A DNA stretch of 64,000 bases, from assembly GCA_016191015.1 (NCBI GenBank), contig JACPPM010000301.1, forward strand, positions 5,472 to 69,471, read 5' to 3'. Position 1 is the first letter of the stretch, and each line of letters begins with the position of its first letter. A program made the position numbers and the translations under genes. This document shows positions 9,389 through 17,658 of the stretch, one piece after another. The notes below the pieces were generated by a model. The model ran no database searches. It had not been told where the DNA came from and worked only from the letters and a program-made list of their open reading frames with translations. This DNA comes from Acidobacteriota bacterium. GTDB lineage: Bacteria > Acidobacteriota > CAIWXX01.

Positions 9389-10306
9389 CTACATCTTCGA
9401 GAGTGCGTCGAGCATCAGCTTCGCTTGAGGCACATTCGGGTCGTTCGCTGGCGCGATCTGCAAGAATTTCTCGAATGTGGCTTTCGCCTCCGGTATCTTA
9501 CCCAGGTTCACGTACGCGGTTCCGAGCCAGTAGTGAGCGGAGGCGTGGTCAGGCTTGAGCTGGATTGCCTTTTCCCAGGCGGTGACGGCTTCCGGGATCC
9601 TGGAGTTGTTGAAATTCGCCGACCCCAGGTTGAAGAAGGTCTCGGGTTCGCCGGGGTCCACCTTCGCCGCCTGTTCGAAGGCATCGATGGCTGCCGGATA
9701 CTTCTTGAGATCCATGCTGACGTGTCCGAGATTGAACCACCCGGCAAAGCTCGACGGATCCGCCTGAGTGGCTCTCGCAAATGCGGCCTCGGCCTCGGCG
9801 AGTTTGTTCAGCTTCTCGAGGGCGAGGCCGAGACGGGTGAGGTAGGCGGGGTTGTCCGGCTCGGCCTCGAGCGCTCGGGCGAACGCCGCGACCGCCTCCT
9901 CGTGCTTCCCCTCTTCGAAGAGGGTTGTTCCCTGCATGGCGTCCTTTGTTCCGGGACTCTCTTTGACTGCAGCCATTTTCGGCATCTCGATGAGCTCGAG
10001 ATCGAGGACGGTCGCTTCGCCCAGCCCAACCTTCCACTCAGCGGACTGCGGAAGATAGCCCTCCATGCTGGCTTCGACAACGTACGTACCCACGGCCAGG
10101 CCAATTTGCGAGTAGAGCCCTTTCTTGTCGGTCTTCACATTGAAGGTGATCTTCGACGAGCCCTTGGCCGATATTTTGACGTTCGCCCCGGTCAGCGGCC
10201 CGATTCCCTTGGCTGTGACGGTACCCGTGAGCCGGCCGGTGGTGTCCGCGAAAGCGATGAATGCAAACAGGCACATCAGAGCCGTGACAAGAGTCTTCCT
10301 CATCAT
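9389..10306 (-). CDS. Secreted TPR-repeat protein with an N-terminal carboxypeptidase-regulatory-like (CarboxypepD_reg) beta-sandwich domain
   Basis: Signal peptide MMRKTLVTALMCLFAFIAFA preceded by a GGAGG SD. About 6 TPR repeats (AWxxLGxxY pattern). Start trimmed from 10438 to 10306 to avoid overlap with glyA. Confidence 0.75.
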   Translation of the reverse strand: MMRKTLVTALMCLFAFIAFADTTGRLTGTVTAKGIGPLTGANVKISAKGSSKITFNVKTDKKGLYSQIGLAVGTYVVEASMEGYLPQSAEWKVGLGEATVLDLELIEMPKMAAVKESPGTKDAMQGTTLFEEGKHEEAVAAFARALEAEPDNPAYLTRLGLALEKLNKLAEAEAAFARATQADPSSFAGWFNLGHVSMDLKKYPAAIDAFEQAAKVDPGEPETFFNLGSANFNNSRIPEAVTAWEKAIQLKPDHASAHYWLGTAYVNLGKIPEAKATFEKFLQIAPANDPNVPQAKLMLDALSKM

Positions 10307-10319
10307 TGCCTCCCTCAAG

Positions 10320-11585
10320 CTAGAGTCTGTGCGCGTAAATGGGGAAACCCCGCACCAGCTCGCGCACCTTTTCTCCGACCATCTTCTGAATCGATTCATC
10401 GTCGACCTTGTCGAGCACGTCGGCGATGAGAGTACCAATCGTCTCCATCTCGGGTTCCTTCATGCCACGCGTGGTCAACGCTGGTGTGCCGATGCGCAGG
10501 CCGCTCGCCACCATCGGCGGGTTCTTGTCGAACGGGATCGTGTTCTTGTTCACGGTAATCCCGGCGCGGTCCAGGGCTGCCTCGGCCTGTTTCCCCGTCA
10601 GCCCTTTCGAGAAGACATCGACGAGGAAAAGGTGATTGTCGGTTCCTCCGGAGACGATTCGATACCCTCTCTCGGCAATGACCCTGGCCATCGTGGCGGC
10701 GTTAGCGCAGACCTGCTTCTGGTACTCCACGAATCCAAGCTCCATGGCCTCCTTGAGGCAGACGGCCTTCGCCGCGATGACGTGCTCAAGCGGGCCCCCC
10801 TGGCCGCCCGGGAAGACCTGCCTGTCCAGCTCCTTGGCGAACCGCTCGCGGCAGAGGATCAGTCCACCCCGCGGTCCGCGCAAGGTCTTGTGCGTGGTGG
10901 TTGTTACGAGGTCAGCGTGAGGCACAGGCGACGGATGGACCCCAGCTGCGACCAGCCCCGCGATGTGCGCCATGTCGACGATCATGATGGCGCCGGCTCG
11001 GCTGCATGTCTCCTGGATCCGCGCGAAATCGATCACACGCGGATAGGCGCTCGCCCCGACCATGATCACCTTCGGTCGGTGCTGGTCGGCCAAGGAATCC
11101 AGCTCATCGTAGTCCAGGAGCTCGGTCTCCTGCCGGACACCGTACGGGACGACCTTATACATCTGGCCGGAGAAGTTCAGGGGATGACCATGGGTCAGGT
11201 GACCTCCGTGAGAGAGGTTCATTCCCATGAGCGTATCGCCGTGCCGCATGGTGGCCATGTAGGCCGCGATATTCGCCTGGGTTCCGCTGTGTGGCTGCAC
11301 GTTGGCATGTTCGGCCGCGAAGAGCTTCTTGGCGCGGTCTCTCGCGAGGCTCTCGGCGACGTCGACGAATTCGCAGCCGCCGTAATAGCGGCGCCCGGGA
11401 TACCCTTCAGCGTACTTGTTGGTGAAGATCGATCCCAGGGCCTCCAGGACTGCCTCGGAAACGAAATTCTCGGATGCGATCAGCTCGAGCTGGGTCTCGA
11501 GGCGACGGGTCTCGGCGAGAAGTGCCGCATGGATTTCGGGGTCGGCGGCGGCCAGATTTCGTCTGATGTGTTCATGTGCGTTCAC
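10320..11585 (-). CDS. glyA: Serine hydroxymethyltransferase
   Basis: Full-length collinear similarity to GlyA, including the [11 protein letters not shown] pyridoxal-phosphate lysine region. GTG start with a GGAGAG SD. Confidence 0.95.
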   Translation of the reverse strand: MNAHEHIRRNLAAADPEIHAALLAETRRLETQLELIASENFVSEAVLEALGSIFTNKYAEGYPGRRYYGGCEFVDVAESLARDRAKKLFAAEHANVQPHSGTQANIAAYMATMRHGDTLMGMNLSHGGHLTHGHPLNFSGQMYKVVPYGVRQETELLDYDELDSLADQHRPKVIMVGASAYPRVIDFARIQETCSRAGAIMIVDMAHIAGLVAAGVHPSPVPHADLVTTTTHKTLRGPRGGLILCRERFAKELDRQVFPGGQGGPLEHVIAAKAVCLKEAMELGFVEYQKQVCANAATMARVIAERGYRIVSGGTDNHLFLVDVFSKGLTGKQAEAALDRAGITVNKNTIPFDKNPPMVASGLRIGTPALTTRGMKEPEMETIGTLIADVLDKVDDESIQKMVGEKVRELVRGFPIYAHRL

Positions 11586-12025
11586 GTTTGCTCTCCGTCT
11601 ATTTTGTTAATGCGGCGCAGATGCCTGCCGCCCTCGAATCCGGTCGCCATCCATTTCTCGACGATGCGGCGTGCTTGTTCGGCGGTTGTCAACCGAGCTC
11701 CCAGCACCAGAATATTGCTGTCATTGTGCTGGCGCGAAAGGCGAGCCATGTCTTCGTCACAGCAGAGCGCCGCGCGGACACCGGGGAACCGATTCGCCGC
11801 GATCGACATCCCGATTCCGCTCCCGCAGATCAGGATCCCCTGTTCGTATCGGCCGGCCGAAACGCCCCCGGCGAGCTCGCGGGCCACATCAGGGTAGTCG
11901 TTCGGATTCTCGTCGGGACACCCGAGGTCGAGCACCTCGATCGACTGCGCCTCCAGGAACCGCTTCAGCTCGCTCTTGAGTTTGAACCCGGCGTGATCCG
12001 AGCCGATCGCTACCATCATGCGCAA
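11582..12025 (-). CDS. rpiB: Ribose-5-phosphate isomerase B
   Basis: [17 protein letters not shown]...[14 protein letters not shown] is the RpiB/LacAB signature. Overlaps the glyA start by 4 bp. Confidence 0.9.
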   Translation of the reverse strand: MRMMVAIGSDHAGFKLKSELKRFLEAQSIEVLDLGCPDENPNDYPDVARELAGGVSAGRYEQGILICGSGIGMSIAANRFPGVRAALCCDEDMARLSRQHNDSNILVLGARLTTAEQARRIVEKWMATGFEGGRHLRRINKIDGEQT

Positions 12026-12100
12026 TATAGCCCACTGCTCGCCGCTGAATCAAACGAGTTGCGCATGGTGGTGTTTGAACGTAGAATTTGTCCCAAGCAG

Positions 12101-12856
12101 ATGGCACAGTTGAAGGTCCTGGTCGTCGAGGACAGCCCGACGCAACAACTCAAGACTCGTCTTCCCTTACTCAATGCGGGCTACGAAGTGGTCGTCGCGG
12201 CAAACGGCGAGGAGGGGTACCAGGCCGCGCTGGCAAACAAGCCGTCCGTGATCCTGCTCGACATGGTCATGCCCGTTTGTGACGGACCCGGCATGCTGGC
12301 CAAGATCAAGGACGCTCCCGAGCTCCGCGACATTCCCGTGATCATGCTGACGGCCACCTCCGAATCAGAATCCATCATGAATGCGATTTCGATGGGGGCG
12401 AAGGACTATATAGTCAAGCCATTCTCGATCGAGGTGTTTGAACAGAAGCTGACCAAGTTCTTCCGCCATCTCAACCCCAATCTGAGCCAGACCGAACGGA
12501 TCGCGGCCGAGATCGACCGGAAGATCATCCGATACGACGAGTACGAGGGGGCGCACTTGTTCGAGGTCAAACCGGACAATATGAAGCTCGGCCTCAAGTT
12601 GGTCTTCTCCTATATCCGGCGCTTCCTGGCCATCGGCGAGCGTAATTTCGTGATCGACTTCTCTTCGTACCCGTCGCTTCCGGATGAGGCGATGACTACG
12701 CTCGTGGCCTGCATGTCCTCGCTGCAGAAGGGATCTGAGATCGTTCGCTTCATCGTGACGAATCCCAAGGTCCAAGGGCAGCTCCAAAGCGCGCCGGACA
12801 CGGCCTACGTCGGGATTCTGCGAAGTCGGAAAGAAGTCGTGCGGCACGGCTTCTGA
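12101..12856 (+). CDS. Response-regulator receiver domain fused to a STAS (anti-sigma-antagonist-like) domain
   Basis: KVLVVEDS...ILLDMVMP...DYIVKPF is a REC domain. The C-terminal FVIDFSSYPSLPDEAMTTLV region is STAS-like. Alternative start at 12065. Confidence 0.7.
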   Translation: MAQLKVLVVEDSPTQQLKTRLPLLNAGYEVVVAANGEEGYQAALANKPSVILLDMVMPVCDGPGMLAKIKDAPELRDIPVIMLTATSESESIMNAISMGAKDYIVKPFSIEVFEQKLTKFFRHLNPNLSQTERIAAEIDRKIIRYDEYEGAHLFEVKPDNMKLGLKLVFSYIRRFLAIGERNFVIDFSSYPSLPDEAMTTLVACMSSLQKGSEIVRFIVTNPKVQGQLQSAPDTAYVGILRSRKEVVRHGF

Positions 12857-13027
12857 GTTCAAAGTTCAAAGTTCAATGCTCCACCCCGGAACGGCGGGCG
12901 CCGGTGTGGGCCTGAGCGCCGTCGGTCCCGTCGCATGAACATATTGCGGTCTGGGCACTCTCGCTTCACCCGAATCACCCGGGGCGCCTCCGGGTACTTT
13001 GAACTTTGAACTTTGAACTTTGAACTT
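12855..13027. repeat. Extragenic palindrome, GTTCAAA-heptamer type (copy B), filling the whole intergenic space
   Basis: Left arm gagttcaaagttcaaagttcaatg overlaps the TGA stop at 12854-12856. Right arm ctttgaactttgaactttgaacttc runs into the start of the next ORF. Spacer about 118 bp. Confidence 0.85.
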
Positions 13028-14801
13028 CTTGCACTATGTTATCGCGGTGACAGAGCACCAGATTCGGAGTGATGCGGAATTCATCCTGAGGGCGAGCAAG
13101 GTCCTCAACTCGACACTGGATTTCGATGAGCTGCTGACGCGGATTGTTGAGCTCACGGCCGAGGCGGTCGGTGCCGAGACCGGTTCGCTCCTTCTCTACG
13201 ACGAACGGCGCGGCGGACTGATCTTCGAGGTCGCGTTGGGTGAGAAGGGGGATCTGATCAAGGAGTTCGTCGTCGGGCCGGGCCAAGGAGTGACGGGAAG
13301 GGTGTTCGAGACCGGAGAGCCTGCGGTCGTCAACGACACTCAGTCGTACGCCGCGTTCTCGGGGACGATCGACAAGAAGGTGGGGTTCGAGACCCGTTCG
13401 ATCCTTTGCGTTCCTCTCCTGCTGCGCGGAAGGACGATCGGCGTGGTCGAAGCGATCAACAAATCGCGGGCCCGGCTTTTCGACGATCAGGATCTGCGGA
13501 TGATGCGATCTCTCGCGGACCTCATCGCCATCGCGATCGACAACAGCCGACTGTACTTGCAGGCCAGGTTGGAGAGGCTCGAGAACCAGTCGCTTCTGGA
13601 AGTGGCCAAGCGGGTCAACTCGGCCCTGAAGCTCGACCAGGTCCTCCAGATGATCGCCGACTCGATGCATCAGGTCATCCACTTCGACGCGCTGGCCATC
13701 TACCTGGTCAGACCAGGCACACGGGACATAGACCGCCTCATCCTGAACGGCTTCGACGAGCACCAGCACGATTCTGTGAGGCTGAAGGTGGGAGAAGGGA
13801 TCGTGGGGTGGTGCATCAGCAATGGCGAGTCCACTCTCGTGGCCGATGTTTCCCGCGACCCACGATACGTGAAGGCGCGCGACGAGACGCGTTCAGAGAT
13901 TGTCGCGGCTCTGTTTGTCGGGGGCCGCTGCATCGGTGCGATCAACCTCGAGAGCAACCGCATGTCCGCCTGGGATCAGCACCAGCTCGAGCTGCTCCGC
14001 GCATTTGCCGGACAGGTGTCTATCGCGATCGAGAAGGCGATGCTGCACCAGGAGCTCCTCGAGAAGAAGGAGCTCGAGCAGGAGCTCAACGTGGCCCACC
14101 GCATCCAGCGCACGTTCCTGCCGCGTCACCAGCCCGTCATCCCTGGCTACGATGTCGCCGGCCTGAACATCCCATCCGAGAAAGTCGGCGGTGACTACTA
14201 CGATTTCATCCGGATCATCGACACACAGCTCGGAATCGTGATCTCCGACGTCTCCGGAAAGGGGATCCCGGCCGCGCTGATCATGGCGAGCTTCAGGGCG
14301 AGCCTGTTGGCCGAAATCCGGAACAACTTCGCCATCCGCACGATCATGGCCAAGGTCGGGAAGCTTCTGCGGGAGTCCATTGAGCCACACCACTTCGTGA
14401 CGGCTCTGTACGGAGTCCTCGACATCCCCAACCGTGTTTTCACTTACGCAAACGCGGGGCACAACCCGGCAATCCTCATCCGCGCAGATGCGAGTGTCAA
14501 GTTCCTCAAAGACGGCGGCCTGCCCCTCTGCGTCCTCGAACAAGCCACCTACGCTGAAAAGCGCTTGCAACTGCGGGTCGGAGACCTCCTCGTGTTCTAC
14601 ACCGACGGAGTGACCGAGGCGTTCAACGAGCAGGAGGAGGAGTTCGGGCTCGAACGCCTCATCGCGGCTCTCCTGGCCGTCTACCCTCTGAGCGCTCGAG
14701 ACATCGTGGGGAGTGTCGCACAGGTCATCAGGGAATTCAACGGTACCGCTAGCCCCTCCGATGACCTCACTCTCGTAGCCCTCAAGTGCGTCCCCATTTG
14801 A
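13020..14801 (+). CDS. GAF-GAF-PP2C (SpoIIE/RsbU-like) serine phosphatase
   Basis: Two GAF domains (LLYDERRGGLIF...; ...IGAINLES...) followed by a PP2C domain (GGDYYDF...ISDVSGKG...YTDG). Start is uncertain: TTG 13020 lies inside the repeat, and GTG 13050 is possible. Confidence 0.85.
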   Translation: MNFLHYVIAVTEHQIRSDAEFILRASKVLNSTLDFDELLTRIVELTAEAVGAETGSLLLYDERRGGLIFEVALGEKGDLIKEFVVGPGQGVTGRVFETGEPAVVNDTQSYAAFSGTIDKKVGFETRSILCVPLLLRGRTIGVVEAINKSRARLFDDQDLRMMRSLADLIAIAIDNSRLYLQARLERLENQSLLEVAKRVNSALKLDQVLQMIADSMHQVIHFDALAIYLVRPGTRDIDRLILNGFDEHQHDSVRLKVGEGIVGWCISNGESTLVADVSRDPRYVKARDETRSEIVAALFVGGRCIGAINLESNRMSAWDQHQLELLRAFAGQVSIAIEKAMLHQELLEKKELEQELNVAHRIQRTFLPRHQPVIPGYDVAGLNIPSEKVGGDYYDFIRIIDTQLGIVISDVSGKGIPAALIMASFRASLLAEIRNNFAIRTIMAKVGKLLRESIEPHHFVTALYGVLDIPNRVFTYANAGHNPAILIRADASVKFLKDGGLPLCVLEQATYAEKRLQLRVGDLLVFYTDGVTEAFNEQEEEFGLERLIAALLAVYPLSARDIVGSVAQVIREFNGTASPSDDLTLVALKCVPI

Positions 14802-14999
14802 GGGACTAGGGGCTAGGGACTAGGGTCCGGACCGATCTTGGCGCGGATCGGACACCACGTGGGTGCGACGCTTGCCTGACCCCCGGTGGGGTGGCTTCTT
14901 GATGGTCCGGAGATCGGTTCAATCCTTCACGGTGCTGACAATCTCTTGTCAAGGTCTCGGCGCTGTGGGCGTAGTCCCCAGCCCCTAGCCCCTAGCGCC
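14802..14999. repeat. Extragenic palindrome, CTAGCCC-heptamer type (copy C)
   Basis: Left arm gggactaggggctagggactagggtcc begins 1 bp after the TGA stop. Right arm gtagtccccagcccctagcccctagcgcc. About 142 bp spacer that holds a perfect TGACAA-N4-TTGTCA palindrome. Confidence 0.85.
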
Positions 15000-15280
15000 T
15001 ACTTTTCATTCTGGCAGCCGGCACGGGCGTTATAGGAATGTATGCCTGTGCGGACGGGTCTGGAGAATTGACGAACCCCTCGTTGCCACGCATCGTGAAG
15101 GCCAGGACTTTTGGCTCTCTGGCGGGAGCTGGGTCTTCAGCCGCGGGCTCGGCGTGCCCCACAGAGATTCCGAAGCGCATACAGAGCACCACAGAAGACG
15201 CGCTCCCTCAGAGAGATCATGAGAGGGGCGATTCCGGTATTCCAATCAACTTATCCCATGGGGAGAGGAGACCAGGCGAG

Positions 15281-15994
15281 ATGAAGAAGTGGTTTGGGGC
15301 CACGTTCCTGGCCGTGATGGTCGGGGGGACGGCGTCGGCCGCGGTCCGGTTCGTGCCGATGGAGGAGATCGCGGCCGAGGCGGACACGGGAGTCGTCGGG
15401 CGGGTTGTTGACAAGTATTGTGCGTGGGACAACGAGCACAAGATGATCTGGACTCACTACATCGTGGACCAGATGCAGCACGTATTCGGCAAAGACGTTG
15501 AGGCCCGGTTCGAGCTCAACTTCGCCGGCGGCACGGTTGACGGCAAGACGATGATTGTCACCGAGACGCCGGAGCCCGAGATCGGTCAGGAGTACGTTTT
15601 CTTCGTGTACGACGCCACGAAGAAGTTCTCGGCGGCGACAGTCGGGCACTTCCAGGGCCTTTTCAAGATTGTCCGGAACCCGCAGACCGGCTTCACGCAG
15701 CTCGTCAACGGCGAAAACCGGCTCGTGGGTGGAGACGAAGATGGCCGGATCATTGCCGGCCCCGGCGTGACCGTGGATGCAGACAACCACATTCATCTCG
15801 CCCCGCTCAGCAGGGAGGAAGCCGGCACGCCTGAAGCCGAGCCGGTCATCCGCGACTATCGCGGCCAGATCGTCCCGGAGGGCGCGCGCGCCATCGCCGA
15901 TGCGCCAGGAGAGAAGCCCCTGGCCCCGATCGACGCCGACGCGTTCATTGACTATATGCGCGATCTGCGCGCACGCATCCGCGGTGAGAAGTAG
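15281..15994 (+). CDS. Secreted hypothetical protein, co-transcribed partner of the downstream metzincin
   Basis: Signal peptide MKKWFGATFLAVMVGGTASAA with a GGAGA SD. Stop lies 9 bp before the metalloprotease start. Confidence 0.6.
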   Translation: MKKWFGATFLAVMVGGTASAAVRFVPMEEIAAEADTGVVGRVVDKYCAWDNEHKMIWTHYIVDQMQHVFGKDVEARFELNFAGGTVDGKTMIVTETPEPEIGQEYVFFVYDATKKFSAATVGHFQGLFKIVRNPQTGFTQLVNGENRLVGGDEDGRIIAGPGVTVDADNHIHLAPLSREEAGTPEAEPVIRDYRGQIVPEGARAIADAPGEKPLAPIDADAFIDYMRDLRARIRGEK

Positions 15995-16003
15995 GAGGGC
16001 GCG

Positions 16004-17491
16004 ATGAAGAAAACACTCGTTTCCCTGGTTCTCCTTCTCATCGCGGTTTCCCCAGCTCTGGCCCAGAACAGCGCCGACTGGCACGGGTGCTGGTGCGGCG
16101 GCTATTCGACCTCGCCCAAGACAGTGTACTGCTACGAGGGCTCCGGGTTCTCCGGCGGCTGCACGTCGCAGATCAACTACTGGAACACCCACGCGGGGGT
16201 GTTCAGCCTGGGAGCCAACCTGAGCGCGATCGGTGCCCCGGGCAACGGCAAGAGTGAAGTCAACTGCCCGATCACGACATCGCAGGCAAGCAGCGTATAC
16301 GGATACTCGATGCAGTCGTCTCTGTACGGTGTCGCCTTGATGGAGCCTTCCTCAGCCTTCGGGAACTTCAACGAGTGCGAGTCGATCGGTTCACCGAACG
16401 GCCAGCCCTCCGGCCAAGGATGCACCACCTGGACGCAGGCTGACGTGCTCATCAACGCCAGCTTCTCGTCGGGCTGGACTACCTCGTACACCGCCTATGA
16501 CGGCAAGGCCGTCGTCGCCACGACCGTGCTCCACGAAGTGGGTCACACCCTCGGCTTCCATCACGTCTTCCAGCACTTCTCGACAATGAACTACATGGAA
16601 GACGACAGCGGATGGTTCGTGACGCGGATCGACGCCAATTCCGTGCGCGACCATTATCCGACGGTCGCCAAGAGCGTGACCGACGCGGCCGTGTATCCGT
16701 TCAAGTACGGGTCGAGCCAGTACGCCGAGACCTACGCCACCTTTTCGCCGACCTCCGTCGCGGCGGGCGGCACCGTGTCGGTATCGAACCTGCGAGTGGA
16801 GAACGTCGGCAACGCGTCGAGCCTTTCGAACGTTGTGGTGACCTTCTACCTCTCCACCGACAGCAGCATCACCACCTCGGACACGGCGATCGGGACCATG
16901 AGCTGGTCCTCGTTCTCGACCTGGTGGGAGTCATCCTCGGCCATCAATCTGACGGTTCCGACTGGCACAACGGCGGGCACGTACTACATCGGTGGAATCG
17001 TGACCGTGAACGGGTCACAGGATTCCGTAAGCCTCAACAATTCCTTCGTGGTCCGCACCCGTAGCGGCTCGTCGGGAACCCCCCGCGCGCTCACGGTTTC
17101 CACGGGCGGCGGCGGCGGCGGCGGCACGACGATGAACGAAACCGAGTCGAATAACTCGCGGACATACGCCAACGTCGTTTCGACCTCCGGCACACAGGTC
17201 ACCGGCTATATCAGCAGCTCGAGCGACGTCGACTACTTCAAGGTGACGATTCCGGGGAAGAAAACGCTCTCGGTGGCTGTCACGGTCCCGGCGACGACCT
17301 CGATCGACTACGACGTCCGCCTCTACAACAGCAGCGGCTCTTACCTGACGGGCTCGGAGCAGGATGCCGGCATCAACGAGGCCTTCACCTACTACAACTC
17401 ATCCAGCTCCTCACGGGTGTACTACATCAAGGTCTATCGCTACACGGGGTACTCGACGACCCTGCCCTATGTGATGACCGTGAGCTGGTAG
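16004..17491 (+). CDS. Secreted zinc metalloprotease (metzincin, HExxHxxGxxH) with a C-terminal PPC/pre-peptidase-like domain
   Basis: Signal peptide; HEVGHTLGFHH motif; Ser/Thr-rich linker; a poly-Gly stretch encoded by (GGC)7; C-terminal beta-domain. Confidence 0.85.
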   Translation: MKKTLVSLVLLLIAVSPALAQNSADWHGCWCGGYSTSPKTVYCYEGSGFSGGCTSQINYWNTHAGVFSLGANLSAIGAPGNGKSEVNCPITTSQASSVYGYSMQSSLYGVALMEPSSAFGNFNECESIGSPNGQPSGQGCTTWTQADVLINASFSSGWTTSYTAYDGKAVVATTVLHEVGHTLGFHHVFQHFSTMNYMEDDSGWFVTRIDANSVRDHYPTVAKSVTDAAVYPFKYGSSQYAETYATFSPTSVAAGGTVSVSNLRVENVGNASSLSNVVVTFYLSTDSSITTSDTAIGTMSWSSFSTWWESSSAINLTVPTGTTAGTYYIGGIVTVNGSQDSVSLNNSFVVRTRSGSSGTPRALTVSTGGGGGGGTTMNETESNNSRTYANVVSTSGTQVTGYISSSSDVDYFKVTIPGKKTLSVAVTVPATTSIDYDVRLYNSSGSYLTGSEQDAGINEAFTYYNSSSSSRVYYIKVYRYTGYSTTLPYVMTVSW

Positions 17492-17511
17492 CTCAGAGTC
17501 TCGCACCGACG

Positions 17512-17546
17512 AGGGGAGCCTGGTTCCCGCCAAGCTCCCCTTTTTC
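17512..17546 (+). terminator. Rho-independent terminator downstream of the metalloprotease
   Basis: gaggggagcctggttcccgccaagctcccc followed by ttttt. Confidence 0.6.
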
Positions 17547-17658
17547 GTCTTCGGACGGACGCGCCGCAGCGATCGTACCCCCAGACATGCATGGACACGG
17601 GCAATGATGCCGGGTACTATCTTCTCGAAGCCGGCGATTTGGGCAAGGGAGCGATCTG

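Noticed and set aside
9137-11897. Long plus-strand ORFs (9137-10429, 10125-11897) opposite the TPR gene and glyA
   Set aside because: Antisense shadow ORFs typical of high-GC DNA. Arg/Pro-rich nonsense composition, and they overlap the well-supported glyA and TPR genes.
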